Positions 23,342-40,327 of a stretch of DNA of 64,000 nt are shown here, in pieces (within the stretch, counting starts at the first letter, position 1; every line of letters starts with the position of its first letter). The notes beneath the pieces are model-generated. The model saw only the letters and a list, made by a program, of their open reading frames with translations. It did no database searches and was not told the origin of the DNA. This DNA comes from Balamuthia mandrillaris (taxonomy: Eukaryota). Position numbers and translations under genes: made by a program. The stretch spans positions 124,001 to 188,000 of the forward strand of contig JAVKOQ020000011.1 of the NCBI GenBank assembly GCA_031835245.2. The letters are read 5' to 3'.

Positions 23342-23383
23342 GATGTCACGAGAGTGTTGGCTGTAAGGAGTTCTTTTGTTTGT

Positions 23384-25283
23384 TTAGAGGGTTTTGAACT
23401 CTCCCACCTGTTGGCTGAACTCCTTCATGGATGCTTTGGCGGAGCCTGGCGATAGTGCTTGTTGTTGAGATGGGTGTGGACTCCACCCTATCAAATACAC
23501 TATCTACAAATGAAAGCACAAACAAATAGGTGAGAATCAAGAAAAGCAGAGGAGAGAACAGGAGAGAAAGAGAGAGAGGAACAGGAGGAATGGAGAGAGC
23601 GAGAGTGAGAGGGAGAATGTACTTGGAAGGTGGCAGGCACACCGCCGTTTGGTTTGCCATAGAGGGCCTTGTAGGCAGCGGCTGCAGCATAAAAGGTGTC
23701 GCGTGGTACATACGGCCGCCTTGAGAGCTGTGCATTGCTCTCTCCCATCAAACGCAGTTCCTTCATCAGAACAAATGGATCCTTAAAGTCCACCACAATG
23801 GACTCTTGGTCCACTATTTAAAGAGAGTGTTGTGAGAATGAATGCGACAGAGAAAAAGAGATAGAGTCTGAAAAGAAAAACCAGTAGGTAAACCAAAGCG
23901 AGCTCTGGTGAGAAGGTCGCCAATGTCAGCCACGCCGGCAAATGGGGATACATGGTTGCTGATGCCTCCCTCCCTCTCCTGCTCGCCCACCAGGAAAGCA
24001 TTCCTCAGCTCCCAAAGGGTGGCCTCTCCAAACATGGAGGCCAGGAAGAGACCATCTGGCTTTAAGACCTGTTGCACCTGACGAAACACTCCCGGAAGGT
24101 CGTTCACCCAATGTAAGCTGAGATTGCTGACGACAAGGTCGAAACTGTGTTTGGCGAATGGAAGGCTTTCCTCGTCTCCTAACACCTTGTGAACTTTCAC
24201 TGCGTTGTTTTTGAAAAAAATACAAACTGTACTGTAAGCAGACGCACTGAGCAGAGAGAGAGAGAGATGAGAGATGATGAGATGATGAGAGATGATGAGA
24301 GATGATGAGAGATGAGAGATGAGAGATGAGAGATGAGAGATGAGAGATGAGAGATGAGAGATGAGAGATGAGAGATGAGAGATGAGAGATGAGAGATGAG
24401 AGATGAGAGATGAGAGATGAGAGATGAGAGATGAGAGATGAGAGATGAGAGATGAGAGATGAGAGATGAGAGATGAGAGATGAGGGAGACAGAGAAAAGG
24501 GATACGTTTGGAGGATGCTTGTGGCTCTGGGTCTTGCTGCAGCTGGATATCTAATTAAGAAGAAGAAGAACAAGAACAAGAACAAGAAGAACAAGAAGAA
24601 GAAGATGAAGAAGAAGAAGAAGAAGAAGAAGAAGAAGGAGAAGAAGAAGAAGAAGAAGAAGAAGAAGAAGAAGAAGAAGAAGAACAAGAGCAAGAACAAG
24701 AACAAGAACAAGAACAAGAAGGAGAAGCAGAAGCAGCAAGAGAAGCAGAACGGAATGTGAGTTAGTAGCTCTTTAATAGTTTCTCTCCAAACTCACCTGA
24801 AGAGTTTAACCGAACAACACTCTCCACGCCCGGTACCGACTCCAAGTAAGGCACCACAGAAGAGCCACCACAACCCAGTTCCAACACATCAGGAAACTTT
24901 CGATCCAACATATCCTTTTTTTAAAAAGAGAACTGTTGTGAACATGTCCTTCATCTCTTCACTCAGATACACGTAGTAAGAGTACATACGTGCAAACGGT
25001 CAGTGAGACGAGAGCCAACTTCCTTGCGCAGGTACTGGTATTCCTCGAAATCAGGGCTCAACGCTGCCCGGTCCTTCTGCAGCTGTTTGGCCTTTCGATT
25101 GAACACCGTCATGCTGTCCTGGTCTTGGTGAGGACCGCGGTGAGAGCTGCTGTAGCTTCTTCTTCGTGGTAGTGAGAAGGAGGAGGAAGAGGAGGACGAG
25201 AAGAAGCGGAAGGTCTGCTTCTTGCACACGCTACACCCCAAGGGCCCTTCCAACTTGTTTGTAAGTCGATGGCTGCCTCTCAT
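23384..25283 (-). CDS. NDUFAF5: Complex I assembly factor NDUFAF5 (SAM-dependent fold)
   Basis: [75 protein letters not shown]-terminus resembles a mitochondrial presequence. Confidence 0.93.
24265..24752. repeat. Intronic (GATGAGA)n array (24265-24485) and (GAA/CAA)n array (24558-24752)
   Basis: Directly visible. Confidence 0.9.
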
Positions 25284-25339
25284 CTTTCGCCTTTCGGTCT
25301 TCTTCTCCTCTTGATTTTATTTGTCGACAACTCGAAGCC

Positions 25340-25500
25340 AGGATAGGAGATAGGACAAGGGAGAGGACAGGAGCTAGGACAGGAGCTAGGATAGTGGAGA
25401 GGATAGGGGAGAGGATAGGAGATAGGATAGGAGAGAGGATATGAGAGAGGATAGGAGTGAGGAGAGGAGATAGGTTACGGGAGAGGAGAAAGGCAGGCGA
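25340..25500. repeat. Degenerate purine-rich (GGATA/GGAGA) repeat, intergenic
   Basis: Directly visible. Confidence 0.75.
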
Positions 25501-25591
25501 GAAGGAAAGAGCGAGAGAGGTTTGTTGAAGCGGTGGGGAGAAACACTAGTTATACATAAAGTGAATGAGGTGCCGGTGGAAGAAGCACCGC

Positions 25592-28865
<3,274 letters not shown>

Positions 28866-29549
28866 TTTCGTATTTTGTCTTCCTTCTTTTATTTGCTGAA
28901 TATTAAAAAAAAACAGATGGGATCGTGATCTGAATGATTGGAATGCGGAAACTTCGGTCGTTCACCACAGAAGACGGATTCTGTCCGCATCCAACTCTCT
29001 GAAAGATGCTGATGTCACCGATCGAAAAGAACACACCCTACCCTCAGCCTGCGGCTGATCATCTTTGATTTTCTGCGCTTCGAAGAGAACCCTGGTCCTG
29101 CATACATACAACCCAACAACCCCCCCCCAAAAAAAAACCCCCCGAGAAGAAGGGGTTGAAAAGGAACTTGTCAAGCATCGATGCCTTTCTTGCATTCCGG
29201 AGGACAAGACTGACGGGTTGAGGTTTCGCCCTGCTGATTGGGGGGCGAAATGAGGTGGAGGCGGAGCCCTTTGCGAAAAGGTGGGACAGCAGCATATTGC
29301 TTGGCTTGGCGCTACTCTCTTTTTTTTTTTTTCTTCTTCCTCTAAGCAACAAAAAAGAGCGAAACAACAACAGAGTTGACGGACACCTTGACATTGGCCT
29401 CGCTCGCGCTTCTGCACTTTGACGCAAACCAAAACCCTCAAAAAAAAAAAAGAGTAGCGAGGTAGCTTTTTTTTTTTTGCTCTTGTTTTCAACACTCCGC
29501 GAGGAAAAAAAAAAAAAAACAAAACAAAACCAATCAAGAAGGATTCGCC

Positions 29550-29707
29550 ATGGAAGATATTTGCAAGTCGTTCTCCATCAAGTCTCTCGATAGGTTTGTT
29601 TTATTTTTAAATTCTTTTTCCTCCCGTTCATATCTCCTCTCTCCTTCTCTTTCTCATCTCATTCTTTTGTCATTCTCGTTTCACTCACTCACTCACTCAC
29701 TTACTCA

Positions 29708-29738
<31 letters not shown>

Positions 29739-30657
29739 CTCTCCTCGTGCCTTGCTACTTCCAGTCGCAGCCTTCCTTTCGACTTTGGAGATGTAACCTC
29801 CTTCGCTCCGGTCGAGAACGAGAACACCTGTGTGGCCTTTCACTGCCAGAACCACTCGCAAGTGCGGGTAAGCCTCGTGGCTCCGCAGATCTGGAAGGTG
29901 GAGGCGAGCGTGGATCTTGATGCCCTTTCCCGGCTGCCTGCCACCGCTAGCTTTGATGGTGGAGCTTCGCAGACACGTACTCCGCGACAGAAAGAGCTAG
30001 ACGCCATCCTTCATGGCCTCGACCACGTCAAAAGTTGGGTCGATACGAACGAGCACCTCTTTGATGAGGCCACGAGAGCAAAGGCCAATGTAAGCATAGA
30101 AGGAGGACCACAAAAGGACGGCGGCTATACCATCGTCCTGCGAAGCGCCGTCTCTCCTGTTGCGATCAATGTGCAACAAAAACCGTTTCGGCTGTCCTTT
30201 ACTCATGTCGCTTCCACATCGGAACACAACGAGGATGAAAAGGACCGCGTCTTCTTGTCAGAAGCTCAAGAAGGAGTCTCTTGGGATGCGGAGGGTCGCT
30301 CCATCATGACTTGGCGGTATCCCGGAGAAGGTTCACTTTTCCTCTCCTTACTTCCCTTCCTCTCTGCCAAACTTATACTGAACAATTTTAATTGTAGAAG
30401 GAGAGGTTCAATTCTATGGTTTGGGAGAGCGCAGTGTGCTCCAAAAAGGTGGAAGAAGTTGGGAAATGTGGAACATGGATGCTTTTGGCTACAAAAAAGA
30501 GACCGACAACCTCTACCAATGTTACACTATGGCCTTGGTAGCCAACCCGAAGCGCAATTCCTACCATGGTTTCTTCTTTGACAATCCATCTCATGCCATT
30601 TGGGACTTTACAGACGAGAATGAACTTATCGTAACTACAGAATACGGGTACCTTGCT

Positions 30658-30699
<42 letters not shown>

Positions 30700-32886
30700 T
30701 TAAGCCTTAAAGACTCATCCACCATTGTGACTGGAAAAATATTGCAGGTTGCATCCCTTCCGGTATTACGTCATTGGAGGCAGCTCACCAACTGAAGTCA
30801 TTCAAAATTATGCCTCGCTGACGGGTATCATGCCGATGCCGCCCAAATGGGCACTTGGCTATCAGCAATGCAGGTGGTCCTACGAGCCCGACGAGCGAGT
30901 GCGAAGATTAGCAAACGACTTTAGAGAGAAGGACATTCCATGCGACGTCATTTGGCTCGACATCGAGTATGTACCCCTTGTTTTTTTAACAAAAAACACA
31001 ACCCCTTTCTCAATGACCAGAAATAACAAATAACGTTGTTAATGACTATGATTAGTTACATGGATGGCTTTCGATGCTTTACGTGGGATGGTACCAAGTT
31101 TCCAGACCCAGAAGGCTTGGCCTCCTTCTTCCACGAAAACGGATTTAAGATGGTGGTCATGATCGACCCTGGCTTGAAGGAAGACAGCGAATACAAGATC
31201 TATAATGAGTTGGTAGACGGAGAGTACTACGTCAAGCGTGCTGATGGAAAAATCTATAATGGTACTTTCATTGTTGTTTCTTGCTTTTCTTTCTTTTCGT
31301 TTCCTTCTCATATTTCAAAAAATGAAGGTGATGTGTGGCCTGGCTCTTGTGGCTTTCCCGATTTCACGCGAGACGACACGCGCAAGTGGTGGGGCCAGCT
31401 CTACCACGACATGATCCACAAGGTAGGCGTGGATGGCTTCTGGAATGACATGAACGAACCGGCGATATTCCAAGTACTGGGCCTTACCATGCCGCGAGAC
31501 AACATGCACTTCGCTGGGTAAGATGTTGCTCTTATTTTTGAATTTGAAAGTGTTTTTTTTTTCTCCAAGCTTACACTTACTTTCCTTTGTGGGGTTATAG
31601 ACCTCACCTCTACGTGCATAACATGTATGGCATGATGATGGCTCGTGGAACTTATGAAGGATTGCGATCTCTTCAAGTTAACAAACGTCCTTTCCTGTTG
31701 ACGAGGTGCCTTTCTTATTCTCTTCTGTCTTTTCTTTGCTTCTTGCAGATATTTAACATAATGAAAACAAAAAAACTTAGATCTGGATTCTGTGGTGTCC
31801 AAAAGTATGCTTGGATGTGGACAGGTGACAACAGGTCTACTTGGGATGACCTTCGCATGACCATTCCCATTTGTCTCGGCATGAGCATCAGTGGAGTTCC
31901 TGGTTTGTATCTCTCCTCTTATCTCACCCCACCCCTCCTCGTGCATTCTCCCTTTTTGTCTCTTTTCTCTTGCCTCCTCTCTCACACCCTTTGTTATCTC
32001 GTAGGTTGTGGTGTTGACATTGGAGGGTTTGGACTGAACCCCACTCCAGAGCTGTTTGCTCGTTGGATTGAGCTGGGGGCCTTTCTTCCTCTCTGTCGTG
32101 TGCACACGATGAAGGACACGATCGACCAAGAGCCATGGTCCTTCGGAGAGGCTGTGGAGGAGATCTCCAGAAAGCACATCAAGTTGCGTTACCGACTCAT
32201 GCCCTACTTCTACACATGGATGAGGCAGGCAGCAGTCGATGGAACGCCTCTAATGCGTTCTTTGTGGATGGAGTTCACACACGATCCTAATTGTTGGTTA
32301 AAGGTTTGCTCACCAAGGAGAGAAGAGAGCTGAAAGTGAACGTACGTTAATGACTTTCTTCTTTGTCAGAAATGGGAAGACAGCGAGTTTATGGTTGGGC
32401 CATCAATTCTTGTTGCTCCTGTCGTACACGAGCAGACCACTTCCAGGGACGTGTACCTCCCCGCCACCAAGGATGGAAAATCGTGGATCGACTTTTACAC
32501 TCACCAAAGCTACAAAGCTGGCCAGGTAATACTTCTTCTCCTTCTTCTCCTCCATGTTCTTCTTCTTCGCTTCATTATTTCTTCTTTCTTACATTATTTG
32601 TTTGAAGGTAATCAAAGTGGAAGCTCCTCTGGACTTTTTGCCGTTGTTTGTGCTTTCAGGAACGGTGCTTCCCACCAGGAAGGCGGCCGGCATCAACGTG
32701 GTAGAAACGGACAAGCAGGAGATGGAATACAAAGTTTATCGTCAGGACGAGCGAGAGAAGTGCGAAGGCCGCCTGTACGTGGACGATGGCGAGTCGTGCG
32801 ATTTCGAGAAAGGGGAATACGCGCTCTACTCGCTGGATGAGAATGGCATTCATGAGCTGTTGGAGGGAAAGGCATTGCCTTGCTAA
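29550..32886 (+). CDS. GH31 alpha-glucosidase (multi-exon)
   Basis: MPPKWALGYQQCRWSY, IPCDVIWLDI, GFWNDMNEP (nucleophile), WTGDN (acid/base), DIGGF, QEPW, LRYRLMPY. Confidence 0.92.
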
Positions 32887-33175
32887 TCCAACTGGATATT
32901 TCAACCGCCCGCCGGTCTTGTTTTTTTTAACACCAGTTTTTGTTCTTCCTCTTTCTTCTCCTCTCCTTTCTTGTAGTTGATGCGTTCCAACAACCTTTCT
33001 TCTTCTGTTCCTCCTTCTCCTTCTTCTCTTCCTCTTCCTCTTCCTCTTCTTTTTTCGTCTGTTCTTTCTTTTGGGAGCAAATGCTTGAGAAATGGTGCAG
33101 CCGAGGTGACCATACTGTGCAGTCCTAAGAAAAGAGAAAAGAAAAAAAAAACCGATCCGTTCCGGACGAAGAGGC

Positions 33176-34051
33176 ATGATACTGAGCCACTTTGGGGTAG
33201 CGCTGCTCTTGAAGGCCTTTGCTCCGTTCACTTCCCTTGGGACCCTCGTCTTCGCCTCTTATTTACCAGATCTGTTGTGGCTGTGCTTTTTGTTGTGCGG
33301 ATTGGAGCAGGCCCAAGTCTGCCTGCCCAACAACTTGCATCGAAACGATGGCGTTGGAGGATGTGGTGGAACAGCCCCTAAAACGATCTTCACCAACGAA
33401 ACAGCGTTAGTGCTCAGCCACGCGCTCCCTGAAGAGGACTTTAAGGAATGGGCGGGACGGATACAGCCAGTGCAGTTCCTGGACGTTCGCTACTCGCACA
33501 GCTTCTTTGCCTTGCTGCTTTGGGCCTGTGTGTTTGCCGTGCTTTACTACTTGACCTCCACTAACAAGTACACGCGCGGCAGTATCGCTGTCTTTGTGGC
33601 TGTCCTGTCCCACTGGGTCCTCGATGTTCTCTTTCAGCGTTCAGACATTCCTTTTTCTTTGAGCAAAGGTAGTGTATCATCAGCATTTTTACCTTTCTTT
33701 CTTACATTCACAATGGTTCATTCAGACTCTGAAGCCATGGGGTGGGGCTTGCTGGACTCCTTGTTGGTGGTGTTGTTGGTAGAGCTCACAGTATTGATGA
33801 TGGGCACACTGAGCTATCTCTCACACACCACACCGATGAGCAAAATCGGACAACAGAGCTTTTGGGCATTGATTTTCGTTTTGTGCTCGGCCTTTCTTTG
33901 CTCTGTATTTATTTCACCCATGGTCACTATTTTTCATGCTGATCTTTTTGTTTGGGCCTCTGTTACATTACCATCTTTCATTGGTTTTATTCTTCTGAGC
34001 ACTTTTGTAGATTCCACACGAGCATTTCTTTGGGTATCATCATCATCTTAA
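33176..34051 (+). CDS. Polytopic membrane protein, putative metal-dependent hydrolase-like (H...PD...SHS...SHxxLD)
   Basis: MILSHFGVA, LPDLLW, YSHS, LSHWVLD, several TM segments; possible in-frame intron 33669-33725. Confidence 0.65.
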   Translation: MILSHFGVALLLKAFAPFTSLGTLVFASYLPDLLWLCFLLCGLEQAQVCLPNNLHRNDGVGGCGGTAPKTIFTNETALVLSHALPEEDFKEWAGRIQPVQFLDVRYSHSFFALLLWACVFAVLYYLTSTNKYTRGSIAVFVAVLSHWVLDVLFQRSDIPFSLSKGSVSSAFLPFFLTFTMVHSDSEAMGWGLLDSLLVVLLVELTVLMMGTLSYLSHTTPMSKIGQQSFWALIFVLCSAFLCSVFISPMVTIFHADLFVWASVTLPSFIGFILLSTFVDSTRAFLWVSSSS

Positions 34052-34692
34052 TATAAATAAAGGATTGTTTATTTATAAATGTACTATTTTTTAATTGAAT
34101 AGTGTTTTGTATAAACAAGGCAAAAAGCCCAGCAGTGTGCTCACCTTTGATCACCTTTTGCTCTGTCCTTGAAAGAGGAAAAGCACAAGCACAGACCCCA
34201 AAAAGGACCACCAAGCTGGCTGCTTGATCTGGCTCCTCCTCCAAGCCACTCCTTTGGCGCTACTCTTTTGTTGTTTTAAATATTTTCCAAGAAACGATTT
34301 AACTACCCCTCAGGTCAATTACAAAAGAAAGAAAGAAAGAAAGAAAAAAAGACCAACCCTGTTGGTGTTGGTGTTGTTTTCGCTCTTTTTCTTCTTCCGG
34401 CGTTCCTTGTTGTTTGCTGCGTAGGTAACCTTTTTCTTCTGCTTCTTTGGGGGTGGTGGCAGCGACAACCATTTTGAGCCCCATAGAAAGGTACCACTAC
34501 CTTTTTTTACCCCGAGCAAGTACCGGACGGAGATTGATCTCTTTTTTTTTTTTTCGCTCCACTTTCGGTCCTCTTTTTTTTTTTTCTCTTTTCGCACCAC
34601 TTTCCGCGTAGATCAGTTTCTTTCTGTTAGTGTGATTGAGTGATTGCTACGCTATAGTTTGTGTGCGATTCGGAAAAACAAGAAAGAAGAAA

Positions 34693-37600
34693 ATGGCGAG
34701 TCGGTTGAAACAACGGTTCAAAGAAAAGAGAAAGTTGCAAGATACATCCGATGGGGCAGAAGAAGAACAGAACAATGAAGAGAAAGAAGAAGAAGAAGAA
34801 GAAGAAAGAGAAGAAAAGGGAAACAGGGATGAACAGAGCGAAGAAGAAGATGGAGAAGGCGACAAAGAAGAAAACGGGAACCGAGAAGAAGAAGAAGAAG
34901 AGGAGGAGGAGGAGGAGGAGGACGAAGAAGAGATAAAAAAGCAAGATAACTCTGAAGAGGTGGAAGAAGCAGAAGACTACGTTGGCAAGGTTTGATTGAG
35001 CGTTTCTTGCTTCATTCATTGCTCTCACTTATCTCGTTCTTCTCTTTCTCTTTCTTTGTGCTTTATTTAACGAACAAAAATACAAAAGGGTGCAACACCT
35101 ACGAAACCACGAGTGTACAGTTTGCGCAATAGAAGAAACAGAACAGAACCTTCGCCCTCTCCTCCTCCTCGCAACAAAAGAGGCCGAGCCAACAATACCA
35201 AAGCAAGGCGAACAGCTAAAAGGACAACAACTGCTTCCGCTCGAACTCAACGTTCTTCTGCTTCATCTTCTGCTGGTGGGAGTAGAAATGCAAAAAACAA
35301 CCGAAACAGCGTCAGTCGCAGCAATTCCATCGTGGCTGTGGTGGAATACAATCTCAGAAAGCGGAAAGCTGTCTCGTACAAAGAAGATGAGCGCTCAGCT
35401 GATGAGACAGCTGCAACAAAAAACTACACCAGTTATACTTCAAAGCGACAAAAGCTCATCGACAGTAGAAGAGCAGCTGCAGCAAGGGTAAAGCAACATG
35501 ATCACTTGTAATGCCACGAAGTACTCATTCTTTCTTTCTCTTTCTCTTTCTCTTTCTCTTTCTCTTTCTCTTTCTCTTTCTCTTTCTCTTTCTCTTTCTC
35601 TTTCTCTTTCTCTTTCTCTTTCTCTCGTTCTTCCACAGGAGACACAGAAAAGAAAAAATCAGCTACAACAACAACGTAGAAGAGTACAAGATGGCAGCAG
35701 TACTCGCGTGGTATTGTCAGTGGATGATAAAGATGACTCGGAGGAAGGAGACGAAAAGGATGGAGACGAAGAAAATGGAGAAGAGGAGGAAGGTGGAGAA
35801 GGAGAATATGAGCAAGCAGAAGAAGGAGGAGGAGGGCCTGTTGATCCAGAAGCCGAAGATGAAGCTGAAGCTGAAGCTGAAGACGAAGACGAAGGAGGAG
35901 AAGAAGAGGAAGATATGGATGAAGACGAAGACGAAGAGGGAGATGAAGAAGAAGATGATGGTGAAGAGGAGGAAGAAGAAGATGATTTTGCAGTATATGA
36001 TAAGGAAGCAGACTTGGCGCTGGCACGAAAACGCTCCCTGCGTTCTCACACTAGAGGCCAACTTAACGGAACTCGGGCACAATCTTCCGGGGGTGGTAGG
36101 GGTACCACTACCACCAACAGATCACGCAGCAGCAGCGTTACACGTTCGTCCCGTAGGAGCGGAGGAAGAAGATCCTCTTCTCTCGGAAACAATAGCGATG
36201 TAACGAACTATCGTCGACGCAGCCGACGTAAACGAACCAAGACGCAACGTTTCACCGTTACCTCTCCCACGGACACCACCAGAAAGAGTGTTCTCTCCAA
36301 ACGTCAACGAGAAGTGCTCTCGGGAATGTATCGGCCCACCCCCAATGCTGGAAGTGGTATTTTGTCTGTCAACTATTTCTCTGACACTGATGATGAACGA
36401 ATTGGAGTTGGGGGTGGAGGAGGTCCTTCTTCGCAACAACATGGTTTAGACCCATTCGAAATGGCCAGCCTTGCTCCCATCAACAACCAAGATGAACGAG
36501 CGGAGGACTCACAGCGTGCAGACATTCAGCCCATCATGACCATGGACATTGACACCTCCGTCGACTGGGACAGCGTCGGCGGGTTGGACCATCACATCAA
36601 GTCATTGAAAGAAATGATCCTGTTGCCCATGCTCTACCCTGAGCTCTTTGATCGGTGGTCCATCACGCCGCCGCGAGGCGTGCTCTTCTACGGACCTCCA
36701 GGCACAGGCAAGACTTTGGTCGCCCGAGCGTTGGCCAATACTTGCTCTAGGGCAGGAAACAAGCGGGTGGCTTTTTTCATGCGCAAGGGAGCAGATTGTC
36801 TTAGCAAGTGGGTTGGAGAGGCGGAGAGACAGCTTAGGCTGTTGTTTGAACAGGCGAGGAAGATGCAACCCTCTATCATCTTTTTTGATGAAGTGGATGG
36901 CTTGGCTCCTGTTCGTTCAAGGTTCTCATCTCTTTTCTTTTACGTGTTCATCGTTGGATTTTGTACTTCTCTCTTTTGCATTGACAATGCTGATTTTATC
37001 ATTACAGCAAACAGGACCAGATTCACAGTTCGATTGTGTCAACACTGTTGGCCCTGATGGACGGGCTTGACAATCGAGGGCAAGTGGTGGTCATTGGTGC
37101 TACGAATCGTATCGATGCCATCGATCCTGCTCTGCGAAGACCAGGACGCTTCGATCGCGAGTTCATGTTCACTCTGCCGTCTAAGGAGGCTCGCCGCTCC
37201 ATTTTTGACATTCATTTGCGCAGCTGGAAACCCCCTGTCTCTCCCAAACTTCGAAACCAGATATCTGATATGTGCGTTGGTTATTGTGGTGCCGATCTTA
37301 AGGTGAATACTTTGTTTTTCTTTTTCAACTTCCTGCCTTTCTTAGCCTTAGTATTTCCTTATTATCTCTTTATTTCTTTATGAAATGTTGCTAATTTTAT
37401 CTCTCCTCTCTCTCCCTCCCTCCTTCTCCCTCTCTCTCCTGTCAAAGGCTTTATGCACGGAGGCAGCTTTAAGGGCGGTACGACGGCACTACCCACAGAT
37501 CTACGAAAGTACCGACAAACTGTTGATAGATGTAAATAGCATTCGGGTAACCACCAAAGACTTTCTCGCTGCAATGAAACGGGTGACGCCTTCCGCCTAT

Positions 37601-40327
37601 AGATCCGCTGCCACGCATGCCAGCTCGTTGTCTCCCATCGTGCGGCCTCTTTTGACGCATCACCTGCAAGTTTTGCAGGAACTGGCTACTAAAATAATGG
37701 GAAGCTTTGCTAGCGATTATCAAACAGGACTGGCAAAGGCAGATGAATCGGATGATTCTATCGACGAGGAAGAGGATAGAGAAGATGAAGACGAGATAGA
37801 CAGTGAAGAGGATCCAACTGGAAAGGAGGAAGATGACTATTACTCTTTTTTTCATAGGAACGAAGAAGACAACGAAGAAGAGGGGGAAGAAGAAGGATCC
37901 GAAAATGACTGTACAGAAGGAGACAAGGGAAAAGAAACAGTGACGAAAACGCAAAAACAGAAGCGTAGAAAGAAGAGGAGAAAAAATAGAACCAAGACAA
38001 TGCGACTGGTGGACATGATGCAATTCAGACCCATTCATCGGCCTCGTGTCCTGCTGCATGGAGAATGCGAGCAAGGACAGGCTCAAGTGGCTGCCGCTCT
38101 ACTCCACTGTTTAGAGCAATACCAAGTCTTTCCTCTAGACCTTGCCTCCTTGTGCGCTGATACCGTTGCCAAAGTAAGGCCAATTCTCTCTCTTTCTCTC
38201 ATGCACTATTTAACAACAAAGCAATCTGCACGTTACTCACGTTCTTTTTTTTTCTTTCGCTATAGTCGTTGGAAGAGGCCTGTGTACATACATTCACGGA
38301 AGCAAAGCGCAAGCTGCCTTCCATTCTCTTTTTGCCCCACTTAGATTCCTGGTGGGACATGGCCTCTTCCTCCCTGCGCCTCACCCTCATCACCCTTCTC
38401 CAAGACACCATGCCAGATCTCCCTCTCCTTGTCCTAGCCACCTCTGATGTGCCCACGCATGAGCTGCCCAGCGACTTAGCTGCCCTCTTTCACCACACCT
38501 ACGAGCTCTTTCACCCTACACGAGAGCTGCGCAAACGCTTCTTTTTAAGTTTCGTGGAGGACGTAGCTCGACCCCCTCCTCGGCATCGTCGTCGTAGGCA
38601 CTGCCATCGCTCCCTGCCTCAGCTGCCAAAGGCACCGCCACCGGCCCCTCGTGCAGCTACTGCTGCAGAGAAAGAGGCTCAACGCAAGAGCGATGAGAAC
38701 ACGCTGCGTAAACTGCGTATGACGCTACGGGACTGCATCCTTCGCCTCCTACGTGACCGCCGCTTCCAACTGTTTGGTAAGCCCGTGGATGTGGAGGATG
38801 CTCCCGACTACTACGACATCATTCACACGCCGCTGTGCCTAGAGGACATCTTGGAGCGAGTGGATGCTCACTACTACCTCACTCTCCGTTCCTTCGTAGA
38901 GGACGTAAGCCTGATTGTTGCCAATGCGGAGGAATACAATCCGCGTCACGACGACCCTCAGCGCATTGTCAGCAAGGCTAAACAAATGCATGACTTTGTG
39001 TTGCAGTACGCCTATCGCCTAGGCAAGCACAACCAGCGGTTCGTTGCGGCCTGTGAGGAAATCGCACAGCGGAGGGAGCCTCCTCAGCCGCCTCTGTTGA
39101 TGGCAGAGAGGATGTTGAATGGAGAATGGGCAGAGCAACCAGACATGTCCGTTCGTTGGCATTCCACCTCCAACCATGCTAATGCATCGAATGGAGGAAC
39201 AAGACATCAATCAACATCATCAACAACGCAAAGAAGAGGAGAGGGAGATGAAAGAGGCGGAAATGAGAGGCCTCGCACAACGAACCATCTTCATTCGGTT
39301 GTGAACCCAAGAGAACCGTCAGGTGTGCGGCATAGCAAACGGCTAAGGGGAGAGAGACCCCCTTCGCCGGTGCTAGACTTGATGGAAGTGCAGAAAACGA
39401 GAAGACTGGCAAAAAGAAGAAACAACACTACAAGAACAAATACAGAAGCACAAGAACAAGATGAAGAAGAGGAAGAAGCAGAACAAAGGGAAGCAACAAC
39501 AAGCAACAATGACGAGCAAACTCCAATTTCTCTATTTAAAGGCATCAAAGTGCTGCGACTGTTGTCATCTGGCCAAAATGGAACGGAAGCTAACAGTGAC
39601 GATGATGGTCATGAAGCAGCCGAAGAAGGAGAAGAAGAGGAAGAAGTAGGGACACCGAAAAGTCCTGTTTTGCCATTTACCATCAGCGAAACGCCGCCTT
39701 CCACTTCGCCTCCTTCCTCTCCGTCTTTAATTGTTGCTCAGAAGACGCAAGTGGAAGGAGCAACAGAAAAAGAAAAAGAAAAAGAAAAAGATGAATATGA
39801 AGCAATGGAAGCAGAAGATGAAAATGTCTCTGTGACAGATGAAATACAACAAAATGATCGAAATGGCGAAGAACAGGAAGAACAACCGTCATCGACAATA
39901 CTGATTACAGAGGAACAAAATGGTAGAACGGAAGAAGGAGAAGAGCAACCGCAAGGAGAAGAGGATGAGGACGAGGTTGAAGAAATAAGAGAATTGGTGC
40001 TTGACAAGAAAGAACTGCTTTCGTTGGCTGAGTTTCTGTTGGACCACACAGAAGGATTTACGGTGGACAGTCTTCAGTCGTTGCATGCCAAATTGTATCA
40101 ATCCCTTTACGAGCATCGCTTTGACTGGGACAAGACTACTCTTCTCAGCGTGCGTTATCTTCTGCAACCCCTTCTCTATGCTTCTTCTCCCCTTCTTATT
40201 TTTTTTTCTTTATTATTAACATTCTTGCTCTTTGGCTGAAATGTAGGTTTTAAGAGCTATTATCACAAAGCATCCAACGCATGCTCATTCATTGTCACAT
40301 GCTCATTCTGCGAGCAGCAGTCAATAA
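34693..40327 (+). CDS. ATAD2: ATAD2/Yta7-type AAA+ ATPase with bromodomain
   Basis: VGGLDHHIKSLKEM, GPPGTGKT, FFMRKGADCLSKWVGEAERQLRLLF, IIFFDEVDGLAPVRS, ALRRPGRFDREF, bromodomain F.KPVD..APDYYDII. Confidence 0.93.
35530..35625. repeat. (TTTCTC)n intronic microsatellite
   Basis: Directly visible. Confidence 0.9.

Noticed and set aside
28930..28966. Hammerhead-like core (CTGAATGA...GAAAC-TTCG-GTC) or SECIS-like ATGA..AAA..GA
   Set aside because: No stem II and a weak stem I for a hammerhead; loop too large and not in a 3' UTR for a SECIS
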